Positions 46,620-56,948 are shown, numbered from the stretch's first letter. The stretch: 64,000 nucleotides of DNA from Bacteroidia bacterium (GCA_044448685.1 JBIOHC010000001.1:29941-93940); one strand, 5' to 3'. The notes: a model not told the origin generated them from the letters alone. Translations and numbers: made by a program.

Positions 46620-47705
46620 TTAAGCCTGGTTTGGAATGACGATCTTAAATTTCGTTCCCTTTCCGATCACAGAGCTTACTTCAATTTCGCCTCCTATTTT
46701 TTCAACTGCTTCTTTAGCAATATAAAGCCCCAGGCCGGAGCCGGGCTTTTCTTGTGTAGCACGATAAAACATGTTGAATATTTTATCAAGATGCTCCGAT
46801 TCAATACCAATGCCGGAGTCCTCTATGCAAAGAGTTGCATTTTTTTGAGCTACTTTAAGATCAATGGAGACAAATTGATCGTGCCGGTTTTTATTCTGGT
46901 ACTTGATAGCGTTTAGTAATATATTGTTGAGGATAACCTGGAAACGGAATTCATCCGTGCTAAAAGCTTCCTGTTGGTCAATGCAGTACTTAAGCTGGAT
47001 ATTACTCTTCCCCTGGAAATAGTCAAAACTGGCCCAGGTTTCCCGAATCATTTTATCGAAGTCCAGAACAGAAGGCCTGATTTCATATTTGACATTCTGA
47101 TAGTAGTTAATGATATTACCGACGAATACATCCAGGCGATCAATACTTTTATCAATCATAGCCAGGTAATCCTGGGGTGTGGTATTGGGTTGGGTTTTAG
47201 CAAAATTGATGATCCCTTTGATGGACATCAGGGGAGCCCGGAGGTCATGGGAGGCGCTGTAAACAAATTTTTCAAGCTCGTTATTTGTTTTTTGAAGCTG
47301 AAGATTGCGTTCCTTAAGCAGCCTGCGGGTACAAGCCATATCAAATGCATTTCTCAGAATAACACGCAAGTTTTGTTCATCCCAGGGCTTGTTCAGGTAA
47401 CAGTATATTTTGCCTTTGTTAATGGCATCAATCACATCCTGCATATCTGTATAACCAGTAATGAGTATTTTAATCAGATCAGGATAGCTCGAGGTGATCG
47501 ATTCCAGAAAATGAACCCCGGTAATTCCGGGCATCCTTTGGTCAGTCAGAATAATATCCAATTCTTCCCTTTTCAGGATTTCCAGCCCTTCTTCAGCCGA
47601 TTTTCCCGTAAAAACAGTTGCATCTCTGCGAAAAGCAGCCCTGAAAGCCGTTAACTGACCCGGGTCGTCATCCACATACAAAATTCGGGGGGTCTGATCA
47701 AACAT
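46620..47705 (-). CDS. Hybrid REC–HisKA–HATPase_c signalling protein (receiver domain N-terminal to the kinase core; no TM)
   Basis: Receiver ILYVDDD…LTDQRMPGITGVHFL…LNKPW. H-box YSASHDLRAPL. HATPase_c (…DSGIGIESEHLDKIFNMFYR…GSGLGLYIAKEAVE…). The receiver is ~55% identical to the one at 40831–41292. Confidence 0.85.
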   Translation of the reverse strand: MFDQTPRILYVDDDPGQLTAFRAAFRRDATVFTGKSAEEGLEILKREELDIILTDQRMPGITGVHFLESITSSYPDLIKILITGYTDMQDVIDAINKGKIYCYLNKPWDEQNLRVILRNAFDMACTRRLLKERNLQLQKTNNELEKFVYSASHDLRAPLMSIKGIINFAKTQPNTTPQDYLAMIDKSIDRLDVFVGNIINYYQNVKYEIRPSVLDFDKMIRETWASFDYFQGKSNIQLKYCIDQQEAFSTDEFRFQVILNNILLNAIKYQNKNRHDQFVSIDLKVAQKNATLCIEDSGIGIESEHLDKIFNMFYRATQEKPGSGLGLYIAKEAVEKIGGEIEVSSVIGKGTKFKIVIPNQA

Positions 47706-47827
47706 ACGAATGTTCTGAGCTAGCTGGAATAAATCAAAGGTATTCTATTTGTACGGTATGAAATTTTATTTGGATGTACAGAGTCTTACAAAAAGAGCTA
47801 AAATCTTACATATGCAAGGTACATCGA

Positions 47828-49108
47828 TTATTTGGCATTGAAAAGGGCGAAGCTTTCTTTTTCAAGCCTTTCCCTATGATCCGGATGTGCAATATCAGTG
47901 AGCATTCTGGCCCGGTCTTTGCGGTTACGTCCGTATAAATTTGCAATACCATACTCTGTTACAACATAATGTACATGTGCCCGGGTGGTTACCACCCCTG
48001 CACCGGAATGAAGCATGGGAACAATCCTTGATTCTCCCTTCGATGTTGTAGCATGCAGGGCTATGATCGGCTTTCCGCCTTCCGAAAGAGAAGCCCCACG
48101 GATAAAATCCATTTGCCCGCCGACACCTGAATACATTACCGGACCAATACTGTCAGCACAAACCTGACCACTCAGATCAATTTCTATGGCACTGTTAATG
48201 GCAACCACCTTGGGATTCTGTCTGATAATATGGGTATCATTTACATAGGCGGCATCCTCCATTTCAATAAGAGGATTGTCATCTACAAATTCATACAGTC
48301 TCCTGCTCCCCAGAATAAAGCCGGCTACTATTTTGCCGGGATGTTTTTTCTTAAAAGCACCGGTAATGACACCTTTTTCAACAAGGTCAATAACCCCGTC
48401 TGAGAACATTTCACTGTGGATGCCAAGGTGTCTGTGATTCTTAAGCTCTCCGAGTACAGCATTGGGAATTTTACCTATTCCCATCTGCAGGGTTGACCCA
48501 TCTTCAATGAGCCCGGCAACATACCTGGCAATCTTTCTATCCCTTTCATCCGGTTTGCCACTGTGAATTTCAGGCAATGGATGGTTTACTTCAACCATAT
48601 GTGTGAAACGGGACCTGTGAATCAGTCCCGCCCCGTGGGTTCTTGGCATCTGAGGGTTAACCTGTGCGATAAGGCAGGAGGCATTCTCAATTGCAGAAAG
48701 TGCCAGGTCAACGGAAATGCCCAGGCTACAGTAACCATGTTTATCCGGAGGTGAAACATGGAGCAGGGCTATATCAAGAGGGATAATTTTTTTTCTGAAT
48801 AAGGCAGGAACTTCACTCAGGAAAACCGGAATGTAATCAGCCATACCTGTTATAAGCGCCTTCCTGGTATTGGTACCAATAAAAAAGCAATTTGTTTTGA
48901 AATGTCCCCTTAAAGACTCATCAATATAAGGAGCATCCCCTTCTGTATGCATCTGATATATCTGAATATCAGAAAGGCTTTTACCTTTCTCCACCATTGC
49001 CATAATAAGTTCGGCCGGGGCAGCAGCAGCAGATTGTATAAAAACACGGGAACCTGATTTAAGCTCTGAAAGAGCTTCATGTGCTGTAGAATAACCGTTT
49101 TGATTCAT
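47828..49108 (-). CDS. Acetyl-CoA hydrolase/transferase-family enzyme (e.g. succinyl-CoA:acetate or 4-hydroxybutyrate CoA-transferase type)
   Basis: 426 aa. Family-typical N-terminus MNQNGYSTAHEALSELKSGSRVFI and conserved GIG…E region. Confidence 0.8.
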   Translation of the reverse strand: MNQNGYSTAHEALSELKSGSRVFIQSAAAAPAELIMAMVEKGKSLSDIQIYQMHTEGDAPYIDESLRGHFKTNCFFIGTNTRKALITGMADYIPVFLSEVPALFRKKIIPLDIALLHVSPPDKHGYCSLGISVDLALSAIENASCLIAQVNPQMPRTHGAGLIHRSRFTHMVEVNHPLPEIHSGKPDERDRKIARYVAGLIEDGSTLQMGIGKIPNAVLGELKNHRHLGIHSEMFSDGVIDLVEKGVITGAFKKKHPGKIVAGFILGSRRLYEFVDDNPLIEMEDAAYVNDTHIIRQNPKVVAINSAIEIDLSGQVCADSIGPVMYSGVGGQMDFIRGASLSEGGKPIIALHATTSKGESRIVPMLHSGAGVVTTRAHVHYVVTEYGIANLYGRNRKDRARMLTDIAHPDHRERLEKESFALFNAK

Positions 49109-49159
49109 TTTGTATGGATGGCGTGGAAAAAGGATTCTTACGGCATTCTGCCTGTTGGT

Positions 49160-49519
49160 TCAGTGAATAGAAGCAAGCTCCGGATTGTCAATTTCCCCAA
49201 GGGTGAACTTATTACCGGCAGGTATTTCCTTCCAGTTTCCGTCTACCTTATGCAGGAGACATACATTGAGCCCAAAAACATCCCGGAAGTGATTGATGAG
49301 TTCAGCAGGAGTCATTCCCGGAGTAACCGTGATAGTCCCTTTGTTGTGAATGCTCCGGCACTGACCCACTGTTTTACTGCCGCCCACCATATGGTCGGGG
49401 CCTGCAGCACCGGCATGAGCCGATTTGGCAAAAAAAGCCAGAAGTAAGTGAGGAAAAAGCGCTGCAAAAGCTTTTTGAATTCCAAATACCTTGCGGTGAT
49501 CGTTGATAGAGATTTTCAT
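49160..49519 (-). CDS. Hypothetical 119-aa protein
   Basis: ORF in an operon-like arrangement between the Usp and CoA-transferase genes. No recognisable motif. Confidence 0.4.
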   Translation of the reverse strand: MKISINDHRKVFGIQKAFAALFPHLLLAFFAKSAHAGAAGPDHMVGGSKTVGQCRSIHNKGTITVTPGMTPAELINHFRDVFGLNVCLLHKVDGNWKEIPAGNKFTLGEIDNPELASIH

Positions 49520-49528
49520 AGCAGGAGA

Positions 49529-50383
49529 TTATTCGTGAATAGACAATAAGGGGATATGCGTATGGAAGGCCATTGATCGTGTATTGCTTTTGTGAAACAG
49601 ATTTGACAACAGGTTACGTACATGTGGTACCATGACCAGGAGGTTGGCTTTATTTTTCTTTATAAACAACTGGAGCTCCGGCTCCATTTGGCCGGAAACA
49701 GAGAAGTAATAAGAAGGATGAAATGAAGCCAGTTCACCCCTTGTTTTAAAGGGGACCGCCTCTGCCTTGCCGGCCTCATACCCGGCTTCGGATTTCTGAA
49801 TATTCAGCACAAGCAGGCTTGATTTAAATACATGGACAAGAGGGCCCAATACCCTGGTGAATTTGCCGGGAAGAAATTTTTCTTCATCACAGGCAAATGC
49901 AATAACACGGATCGGGCGGAATCTGGCCTTTTCAGGCACAATCAGGACAGGGCATTTTGTTTTTTTCAACAATGAAGTTGTATTGCTTCCCATAAGGATA
50001 TTCGTACGCTTTCCTGCACCTGTAATTCCCATCACCACCAGATCGGCATGTGAACGTTTTATTTCAGCACAGATCTCCTCCCGTATTATAAAACCCATTC
50101 TTGATATCGCTGTGACGGGAACCTTACCCATAGTCTGTTTTTCCAATGCCTGACGCAGCTTTTCGATTTGAAATTCAGAACGCATTTCCATCTGTTCTGC
50201 AATCACTGTGATCGGTGAGTCGGGATCGGGCAGAGGAATCGAATAGATGTGAAGCAGGGTGATTCCGGCTTTCAGGTGTTCGGCCAGTTTAACGGCATAA
50301 GTCAGGGCATTCATAGAGACGACCGAATAATCGACAGGAACCAGTATCATTTGAATTCGGCTGTTTGAAAAGGACTTTGCCAT
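49529..50383 (-). CDS. Tandem universal stress protein (UspA-domain ×2)
   Basis: Two ~140-aa Usp-like halves (…ILVPVDYS…; …RVIAFACDEE…LVMG…). Confidence 0.8.
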   Translation of the reverse strand: MAKSFSNSRIQMILVPVDYSVVSMNALTYAVKLAEHLKAGITLLHIYSIPLPDPDSPITVIAEQMEMRSEFQIEKLRQALEKQTMGKVPVTAISRMGFIIREEICAEIKRSHADLVVMGITGAGKRTNILMGSNTTSLLKKTKCPVLIVPEKARFRPIRVIAFACDEEKFLPGKFTRVLGPLVHVFKSSLLVLNIQKSEAGYEAGKAEAVPFKTRGELASFHPSYYFSVSGQMEPELQLFIKKNKANLLVMVPHVRNLLSNLFHKSNTRSMAFHTHIPLLSIHE

Positions 50384-50545
50384 AATGCAATATTATTTCA
50401 AATAAAAAATCCCTGAAAAGACCTTCATCATGCCCAAACTTGAGTTATGTCACCCGAATTCTTGAGGCAGGTCATCTTCCTTTCACCCGGAAGAAGGTTT
50501 CTTTGTGTAAGATGATAGGTAATCCAACCCCTGTAAAAACTGATG

Positions 50546-51970
50546 ATGAACAAAAATCTCTTCATTTTATTCTTATTCCTGTCTCAGGCCGGTCTTTCAC
50601 AGGTCAAAAAATGGTCCCTGAAGGAGTGTATGCAAACAGCATTGGAGCATAATATCAGTCTGAACCAAAATAAACTTACCATCGAGTCTGCTCGGGCTGT
50701 TTGGGAGCAAAGTCAGTATAACCTCTATCCTACCCTGAATCTGAGTGATGCACAGAACTTCAATTTCGGACGTTCCATAGACCCGGTTTCGTACCAGTAT
50801 ACCAGCCAGAATTTTGCAACCAATACCCCTTCCCTGAATAGTACTGTCACCTTGTATGGAGGTTTTCGCAACCTGAATCTGGTGAAAGAAAATAAGCTCA
50901 GTTATATGGCGGGGACATTGGACCTCGAGAAGATGCAAAATGACTTGTCTTTAAATGTAATAGGCGCTTATATGCAGGTTTTACTTGCAGCGGAAGCGAT
51001 GAATCTGGCAATGGAGCAGGCTGCATCAACGAGTATTCAGGCCGAGCGGACAGAAAAATTTGTGAATGCTGGAAAGTATCCGGAATTAAACCTGCTACAG
51101 GTACGGTCTCAGCTCGCATCGGACAAATCAGCCATTGTAGATGCAGAGAACGCCCTGCAAATTGCCAAAGTCAATCTGATGCAGCTGATGGAGCTTCCGG
51201 TTGTCCCAGAGTTTGATATTGAAAAGCCGGTGCTGGAAACGGCTCTTTCAGAATTGGCGATAACACCGGCGGAGGTGGTTTATAAAAACGCACTTTCCTG
51301 GCAGCCCCAGGTTAAAAGTGCAGTGTACAGGTCACAGGCAGCAGAAACAGACCTCCGGATTTCACAGGGATCTATCCTGCCCGTACTGAGTCTTTCAGGC
51401 GCATTGCGTACAAGCTATTCAAGTCTGAGAAGCCGGACCTCTGAGCAAATAAGCTATCAGCGGGAAACTATCGGGTATCTGCAAGGCAACTTATCTCAGC
51501 CTGTCATTGGACTGATTCCAGTCAGTATCATTTCATCTTCCGGTTATCCTATCGGAAAACAATTCAGTGATAATTTCAGTCAGGCGGCAGGCCTGACGCT
51601 TACGATTCCCATATTCAATAATTTTCAGGGCAAGTATGCAATTGTCAGGTCAAAAATCGGGATTCAGAATGCCAGGTTGAATGAGGATGCGGTAAAAATA
51701 CAATTACGCAAAACGGTAGAACAGGCCTGCACCGATCAGTCAGGAGCGGCAAAAAAATTAGCAGCGACAACCGAACAGGAGAAGTCCGAAGAGCGAACAT
51801 ATGTTGATATGGAAAAAAAACTCAATGCCGGGATCGCAAATATGACTGATTTTCTGATCGAGAAAAGCAATTACAACAAAGCCAGAATTTCCAGATTGGT
51901 GTCGAAATACGATTATGCCTATAAAACAAAAGTGGTGGACTTCTATCTGGGTAAACCGCTATCATTCTGA
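50546..51970 (+). CDS. TolC-family outer-membrane efflux protein
   Basis: Signal peptide. Two repeated OEP helical/β-barrel halves. 474 aa. Heads an efflux operon. Confidence 0.85.
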   Translation: MNKNLFILFLFLSQAGLSQVKKWSLKECMQTALEHNISLNQNKLTIESARAVWEQSQYNLYPTLNLSDAQNFNFGRSIDPVSYQYTSQNFATNTPSLNSTVTLYGGFRNLNLVKENKLSYMAGTLDLEKMQNDLSLNVIGAYMQVLLAAEAMNLAMEQAASTSIQAERTEKFVNAGKYPELNLLQVRSQLASDKSAIVDAENALQIAKVNLMQLMELPVVPEFDIEKPVLETALSELAITPAEVVYKNALSWQPQVKSAVYRSQAAETDLRISQGSILPVLSLSGALRTSYSSLRSRTSEQISYQRETIGYLQGNLSQPVIGLIPVSIISSSGYPIGKQFSDNFSQAAGLTLTIPIFNNFQGKYAIVRSKIGIQNARLNEDAVKIQLRKTVEQACTDQSGAAKKLAATTEQEKSEERTYVDMEKKLNAGIANMTDFLIEKSNYNKARISRLVSKYDYAYKTKVVDFYLGKPLSF

Positions 51971-51975
51971 ATAAC

Positions 51976-53184
51976 ATGAAAAAGAGTTTATTATATGGCA
52001 CTGCAATTCTTCTTCTGGGGGTTGGTATCTATTACTATTACAACCATAAACAAGGTACAGCATTGCCTGTCTGGAAAACAGCCAAAGTGGAAAAAGGAAA
52101 CCTGGTACAGCTGATATCCGCTACAGGAACTGTAGCGGCCGATACGACTATACTGGTCGGTACACAGGTTTCCGGTATTATTGCAAAAATCCTGGTGGAT
52201 TTCAATTCTGTGGTTAAGCAGGGTCAGATCATAGCCATTCTGGATACTACATTCCTTTATGCTTCCAAGGAAGATGCCGAGGCGACGATGGAGAAGGCAA
52301 TTGGTCAAACCAATGAGATGAAAAGAGAATATGACAGAGCCCGGGAACTATTTGACCAGAAAGTTGCGGCACAGGCCGATTATGACATTGCCTTGTCGAA
52401 TTATGAGTCGGCTAAAAGCACCCAGCGTTCGGCAAAAGCGCAGCTTGACAGAGCAATAATTAATCTGCGCTATGCCACTATAAAAGCTCCTGTGAGCGGT
52501 ACTGTTATTTCACGAAATGTAGATGTTGGACAGACAGTCATCTCCAGTTTTAATTCACCCACACTTTTTACGATTGCCAATGATCTGACCAAAATGCAGG
52601 TTCAGGCCAATGTGGATGAAGCGGATATCGGATTCATTAAGGTTGGGCAAACCGTTGAGTTCAATGTGGATGCATTTGCTGATGAATTGTTTTACGGTTT
52701 GGTTCAGCAAATCCGTATGCAACCCGTTACGGTCCAGAATGTCGTGAACTATGTGGTCATCATTGATGTAGCTAATAAAGAGCGCAAACTCATGCCCGGT
52801 CTTACAGCCAACATCCGGATTAAAGTGAATGAACATGACGGAGTACTGAAAGTTCCTGCCAATGCACTCCACTTCATGCCTCCTCCGGATTATCCCGGGA
52901 CTGTTAAAGTACCTGATTCCATACTTCGCAAATCAGAGAGTCTGACAGCTCCCGCCGGTGAAGAGGTGAAGAAAAGAAGTTATGTGCTCTGGCTCAAGTC
53001 GGGAGCCTTTGTGTACCCGGTGCGGGTGATAACGGGCTTAACGGACGGATTGTTAACAGAAGTTTCTGGAAATATCAGGGCCGGTAGTGAAGTTGCTACA
53101 GGAGTTCTGACAGAAACGGCTGCTGTTACACAACAAAAAAATCCCTTTATGCCGCAATTTCCTCAGCGTAAGAAAACACCCTGA
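51976..53184 (+). CDS. Efflux periplasmic adaptor (membrane-fusion protein, MacA/HlyD-like)
   Basis: N-terminal TM anchor, coiled-coil hairpin, lipoyl/β-barrel signature (…IKAPVSGTVISRNVDVGQTV…). Confidence 0.85.
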   Translation: MKKSLLYGTAILLLGVGIYYYYNHKQGTALPVWKTAKVEKGNLVQLISATGTVAADTTILVGTQVSGIIAKILVDFNSVVKQGQIIAILDTTFLYASKEDAEATMEKAIGQTNEMKREYDRARELFDQKVAAQADYDIALSNYESAKSTQRSAKAQLDRAIINLRYATIKAPVSGTVISRNVDVGQTVISSFNSPTLFTIANDLTKMQVQANVDEADIGFIKVGQTVEFNVDAFADELFYGLVQQIRMQPVTVQNVVNYVVIIDVANKERKLMPGLTANIRIKVNEHDGVLKVPANALHFMPPPDYPGTVKVPDSILRKSESLTAPAGEEVKKRSYVLWLKSGAFVYPVRVITGLTDGLLTEVSGNIRAGSEVATGVLTETAAVTQQKNPFMPQFPQRKKTP

Positions 53185-53186
53185 TC

Positions 53187-53957
53187 ATGGATAGAAAGAA
53201 TATCATATCCGTAAAGAATATCTGGAAAATATACCGGACAGGGGATGTAGAGATGAACGCACTGAGGAATGTTTCCCTTGAAATAAAAGAAGGCGATTTT
53301 GTTGCCATCATGGGTGCCAGTGGTTCAGGCAAATCGACTTTTATGAATATTCTGGGCTGTTTGGATTATCCAACAAAAGGGGAATATTTTATGGACGGAG
53401 CGGATGCGTTGAAAATGGATAAGAATGGATTGGCCGAATTACGGAACCGTAAAATCGGATTCATTTTTCAATCGTTCAATATCCTGGCACGTACATCGGC
53501 GCTTGAAAATGTTGAGCTCCCTTTGCTTTATAATAACCGCTTCGGATCAAAGGAAAGAAAGGAAAAAGCCCGTAAGGCACTGGAAGCTGTTGGTTTGGGA
53601 GAAAGACTGAATTCAATGCCTAATCAGCTTTCGGGTGGTCAGCAACAGCGAGTTGCTGTGGCAAGGGCACTTATCAATGATCCGGTGGTAATCATGGCAG
53701 ATGAACCGACCGGTAACCTGGATACAAGAACGAGCTATGAAATTATGGACATTTTTCAGAAACTGAACAACCACGGAATTACAATTGTGATGGTTACCCA
53801 CGAACCCGATATAGCGCAATGTGCCACAAGTAACGTTCTATTCAGGGATGGACAGATTATATCCAATTCGCTGGTTCAAAACAGAAAGATAGCGAAAGAG
53901 GAATTAAAAAAATTGGAGGAACTCAGACAAAAAGAAGAATCACTTGAGAACACTTAA
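53187..53957 (+). CDS. ABC transporter ATP-binding protein (MacB/LolD-type)
   Basis: Walker A GASGSGKST. Signature LSGGQQQRVAVARAL. Walker B IIMADEPTGNLD. Confidence 0.9.
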   Translation: MDRKNIISVKNIWKIYRTGDVEMNALRNVSLEIKEGDFVAIMGASGSGKSTFMNILGCLDYPTKGEYFMDGADALKMDKNGLAELRNRKIGFIFQSFNILARTSALENVELPLLYNNRFGSKERKEKARKALEAVGLGERLNSMPNQLSGGQQQRVAVARALINDPVVIMADEPTGNLDTRTSYEIMDIFQKLNNHGITIVMVTHEPDIAQCATSNVLFRDGQIISNSLVQNRKIAKEELKKLEELRQKEESLENT

Positions 53958-55167
53958 TCTCATAAAAGTGGCAGGCCGGAGCCTCAGTAAAAATCTGCTC
54001 CGCACATTCCTTACCATGCTCGGTATAATTATCGGGGTTGGCTCTGTTATTGCCATGCTTGCTATTGGTGAAGGTTCCAGACAGAATATACAGGCATCGG
54101 TAGCAAGTCTCGGAACGAATTCAATTATGATATTTCCCGGATCAATGAATATGGGAGGAGTCCGGATGGGAGCCGGCTCCTATTCCACACTTACCTTAAA
54201 GGATGCCGATGCCATTGGCATACGATGTGATAAGGTGAATCATGTAGCTCCGGTGGTTAATAAAGGTGTTCAGGTTATTTCAGGGGCCCAGAACTGGAGG
54301 ACAATTATTGTAGGCAGCACAGAAGAATATCTGACGATCCGAAACCTTTCTGTTGGCAGTGGGGCACTATTCACACCGGCGGATGACAGGGCAGCCTCCA
54401 AAGTATGTGTGATCGGTCAAACGGTTGCGGTGAATGTTTTCGGAGCCGGTAAAGATCCTGTCGGGCAAAGTGTACGAATAAACAGTATTCCTTTCAGAGT
54501 TATCGGTATGCTGGATAAAAAAGGACAAAATACCTTCGGGCAGGATCAGGATGACATTATCATTGCCCCTTTTTCAACCGTTCAAAAGCGAATAATGACC
54601 TCTTCCATTTTCATCAGTAGTATTTATGCTTCGGGAGTTTCAGAAAAAGTTATAGATCAGGCAAAGGATGAAATCGGTCTTATTCTTCGGGAGCAGCATA
54701 AACTTACCGTACATGATGAAGATGATTTTACTGTGCGCAGCCAGGCCGATCTGGCCAATATTTTCGGGTCAATATCAAAGATCCTGACAATTCTCCTTGC
54801 CAGTATTGCAGGTATATCGCTCCTCGTGGGGGGTATAGGGATAATGAATATCATGCTGGTTTCCGTAACCGAAAGAACACGTGAAATCGGGATCCGTATG
54901 GCCATTGGCGCTAAAGGCCGGGACGTGCTGATTCAGTTTATGATTGAAGCAATTTTTATCAGCTTTATAGGAGGGTTAATAGGAGTGGGATTGGGTGTTT
55001 TTGCTTCCGGATTGGTAGCACGGTTCGGAGGCTGGCCTGTAGTTATCACTTCGTATTCTATCCTGCTTTCATTTGCCTTTTCGGCTGCAGTGGGTATTTT
55101 TTTCGGATGGTACCCGGCACGTAAGGCTGCAGGCCTGAATCCCATTGATGCACTCCGATATGAATGA
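53944..55167 (+). CDS. ABC transporter permease, FtsX/MacB-type
   Basis: N-terminal TM, large periplasmic domain, C-terminal 3-TM FtsX-like bundle. 407 aa. Confidence 0.9.
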   Translation: MRTLNLIKVAGRSLSKNLLRTFLTMLGIIIGVGSVIAMLAIGEGSRQNIQASVASLGTNSIMIFPGSMNMGGVRMGAGSYSTLTLKDADAIGIRCDKVNHVAPVVNKGVQVISGAQNWRTIIVGSTEEYLTIRNLSVGSGALFTPADDRAASKVCVIGQTVAVNVFGAGKDPVGQSVRINSIPFRVIGMLDKKGQNTFGQDQDDIIIAPFSTVQKRIMTSSIFISSIYASGVSEKVIDQAKDEIGLILREQHKLTVHDEDDFTVRSQADLANIFGSISKILTILLASIAGISLLVGGIGIMNIMLVSVTERTREIGIRMAIGAKGRDVLIQFMIEAIFISFIGGLIGVGLGVFASGLVARFGGWPVVITSYSILLSFAFSAAVGIFFGWYPARKAAGLNPIDALRYE

Positions 55168-55253
55168 AGTGACCATAATCACTCACAGAAAGGAGGAAAA
55201 TCATTCCGGGACAGCTGCACCTGTTTACCTTTGTTATATAAAAACAAACCAAC

Positions 55254-55664
55254 ATGGATCATATTGAGGCACTTTATTATGCATTGGGCGAACTGTGCTA
55301 CGCCATTGCAAAATCATCCGGCAGGATGAGTCAAAAGGAGAAAGACCGCTTACATGAAATCCTTAAAGGTGAATTCAGGGAACATAATGGACTGATAGAC
55401 CCGGCGGAAATAATATTTCATATCCTGCAAAAGGAAGGAATGGATTCCAAAACAGCTTATAGCTGGGCAATACATGAGATGAAACTGAACAGCGAATACA
55501 TGAGTGAATCATTAAAAGCGCATTTTGTTCATGTAATCCAAAAAGTAGTGAACAATTTTCCTTCCGTTACTACCGAAGAACGTTTACTCATCAGTGATTT
55601 TATTCAGGAGTTGAATAAAATTAAAGGCGATCCGATATTCAGTCAGCTCACGGAGCATTCCTGA
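55254..55664 (+). CDS. Hypothetical helical protein (possibly TerB-like)
   Basis: 136 aa, all-helical pattern. Family tentative. Confidence 0.35.
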   Translation: MDHIEALYYALGELCYAIAKSSGRMSQKEKDRLHEILKGEFREHNGLIDPAEIIFHILQKEGMDSKTAYSWAIHEMKLNSEYMSESLKAHFVHVIQKVVNNFPSVTTEERLLISDFIQELNKIKGDPIFSQLTEHS

Positions 55665-55698
55665 ATGGTAATATGTTAAACAGGCAAATCGGGTAACC

Positions 55699-56049
55699 AT
55701 GCAAACGATCCAATTGTACCTGCCTCCTAACGAGGAAGCTTTCCGGGAACATGCCCGGGAGTTAAGTCTGGTTTATTATGCATCGGAAGCAGCTGAAGAA
55801 ATGGGATTCACCGACATCGATGAATTTCAGGAAGCTGTAAAAAGAGCTATGGAGCTTTGTTTGCATGCCGGTATACCACTTGACATGAACTTCAAACGCA
55901 TCTATAAATGTTCTTACAGCGGAATACTTTATGATTGGAAATTATCCGTACTGGGATATAAACTTGTTTGCCTGAATGGCAGCGCTGCTAACCCTCATGT
56001 GGCACGAATGCAGATCGATCTGATTCGTAATCAGGCACTTCATTCCTGA
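55699..56049 (+). CDS. Small protein with a Bro-N/KilA-N-like (DinD/antirepressor N-terminal) motif
   Basis: …LSVLGYKLVCLNGSAANPHVARMQIDLI… resembles the …SExGLYxLIxxSxxPxAxxFxxW core of Bro-N domains. 116 aa. Confidence 0.35.
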   Translation: MQTIQLYLPPNEEAFREHARELSLVYYASEAAEEMGFTDIDEFQEAVKRAMELCLHAGIPLDMNFKRIYKCSYSGILYDWKLSVLGYKLVCLNGSAANPHVARMQIDLIRNQALHS

Positions 56050-56165
56050 ATTTAACATTTTGATCCCGAATATGACAATCATCACAATACATGCTGATGA
56101 TGCTCATTTATTCCCCAACCAGTCACCGCTATTTTTATGATTACAAATAAGTTAGGTGAATCATT

Positions 56166-56948
56166 ATGGAGAACCAGCGATCAGTCATGTATCCGGTCAA
56201 GAGTTTTCTGGCTGAAGCCGGGGAAATTTCGCATTTCGCATGGAGATTCTTCCGGGAAGGATTCAGGCCTCCTTATGAATTGGGAGAGTTGCTGCACCAG
56301 GCTTATGAAATAGGCTACCGTTCTTTACCACTGGTTTCATTCACGGCCTTCATTATGGGCCTGGTTATTACCATTCAGTCTCATCCTGCATTGGAAGTAT
56401 TTGGTGCTGAATCCTGGCTTCCTTCCATTGTTTCCGTATCTCTGGTCAGGGAAATTACCCCTGTCATCACCGCATTGATCTGTGCTGGAAAAGTAGGATC
56501 CAGTATAGGAGCGGAGATAGGCTCTATGAAGGTAACAGAACAGATTGATGCCATGGAAGTTTCTGGCACCAACCCATTTAAATACCTCGTTGTCACCCGG
56601 GTACTTGCTACCACACTCATGTTGCCCCTGTTGGTCATCTTTGGCGATGTGATAGCTCTTTACGGTGGTTTTTTGGGCGTAAACATACGGGGTACTACAA
56701 GCCTCTACTTGTTCTGGTCACAGGTGTTCAATAAATTAACCTTTGGAGATGTGTTCCCTTCCGTTATTAAATCGGTTTTTTTTGGATTCGTGATCGGCAT
56801 TGTCGGATCTTATAAAGGGTACACAACAAATAACGGAACAGAAGGGGTAGGAAGGTCTGCCAATGCTGCTGTCGTTATTTCCTCTTTTATTGTATTTATT
56901 GTTGACCTGCTTGCAGCCCAAATATCAGATATTCTGCACCTCACATGA
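56166..56948 (+). CDS. mlaE: MlaE-family ABC permease (phospholipid/lipid-asymmetry transport)
   Basis: 260 aa, 5–6 TM, MlaE-typical N-terminal region. Confidence 0.85.
   Translation: MENQRSVMYPVKSFLAEAGEISHFAWRFFREGFRPPYELGELLHQAYEIGYRSLPLVSFTAFIMGLVITIQSHPALEVFGAESWLPSIVSVSLVREITPVITALICAGKVGSSIGAEIGSMKVTEQIDAMEVSGTNPFKYLVVTRVLATTLMLPLLVIFGDVIALYGGFLGVNIRGTTSLYLFWSQVFNKLTFGDVFPSVIKSVFFGFVIGIVGSYKGYTTNNGTEGVGRSANAAVVISSFIVFIVDLLAAQISDILHLT

Noticed and set aside
40831-47705. A complete TOMM (E1–YcaO–dehydrogenase) cluster around the ThiF–nitroreductase gene
   Set aside because: No YcaO-like ORF and no short Cys/Ser/Thr-rich precursor ORF are present in the window. The E1/nitroreductase fusion is therefore reported on its own rather than as a RiPP cluster.
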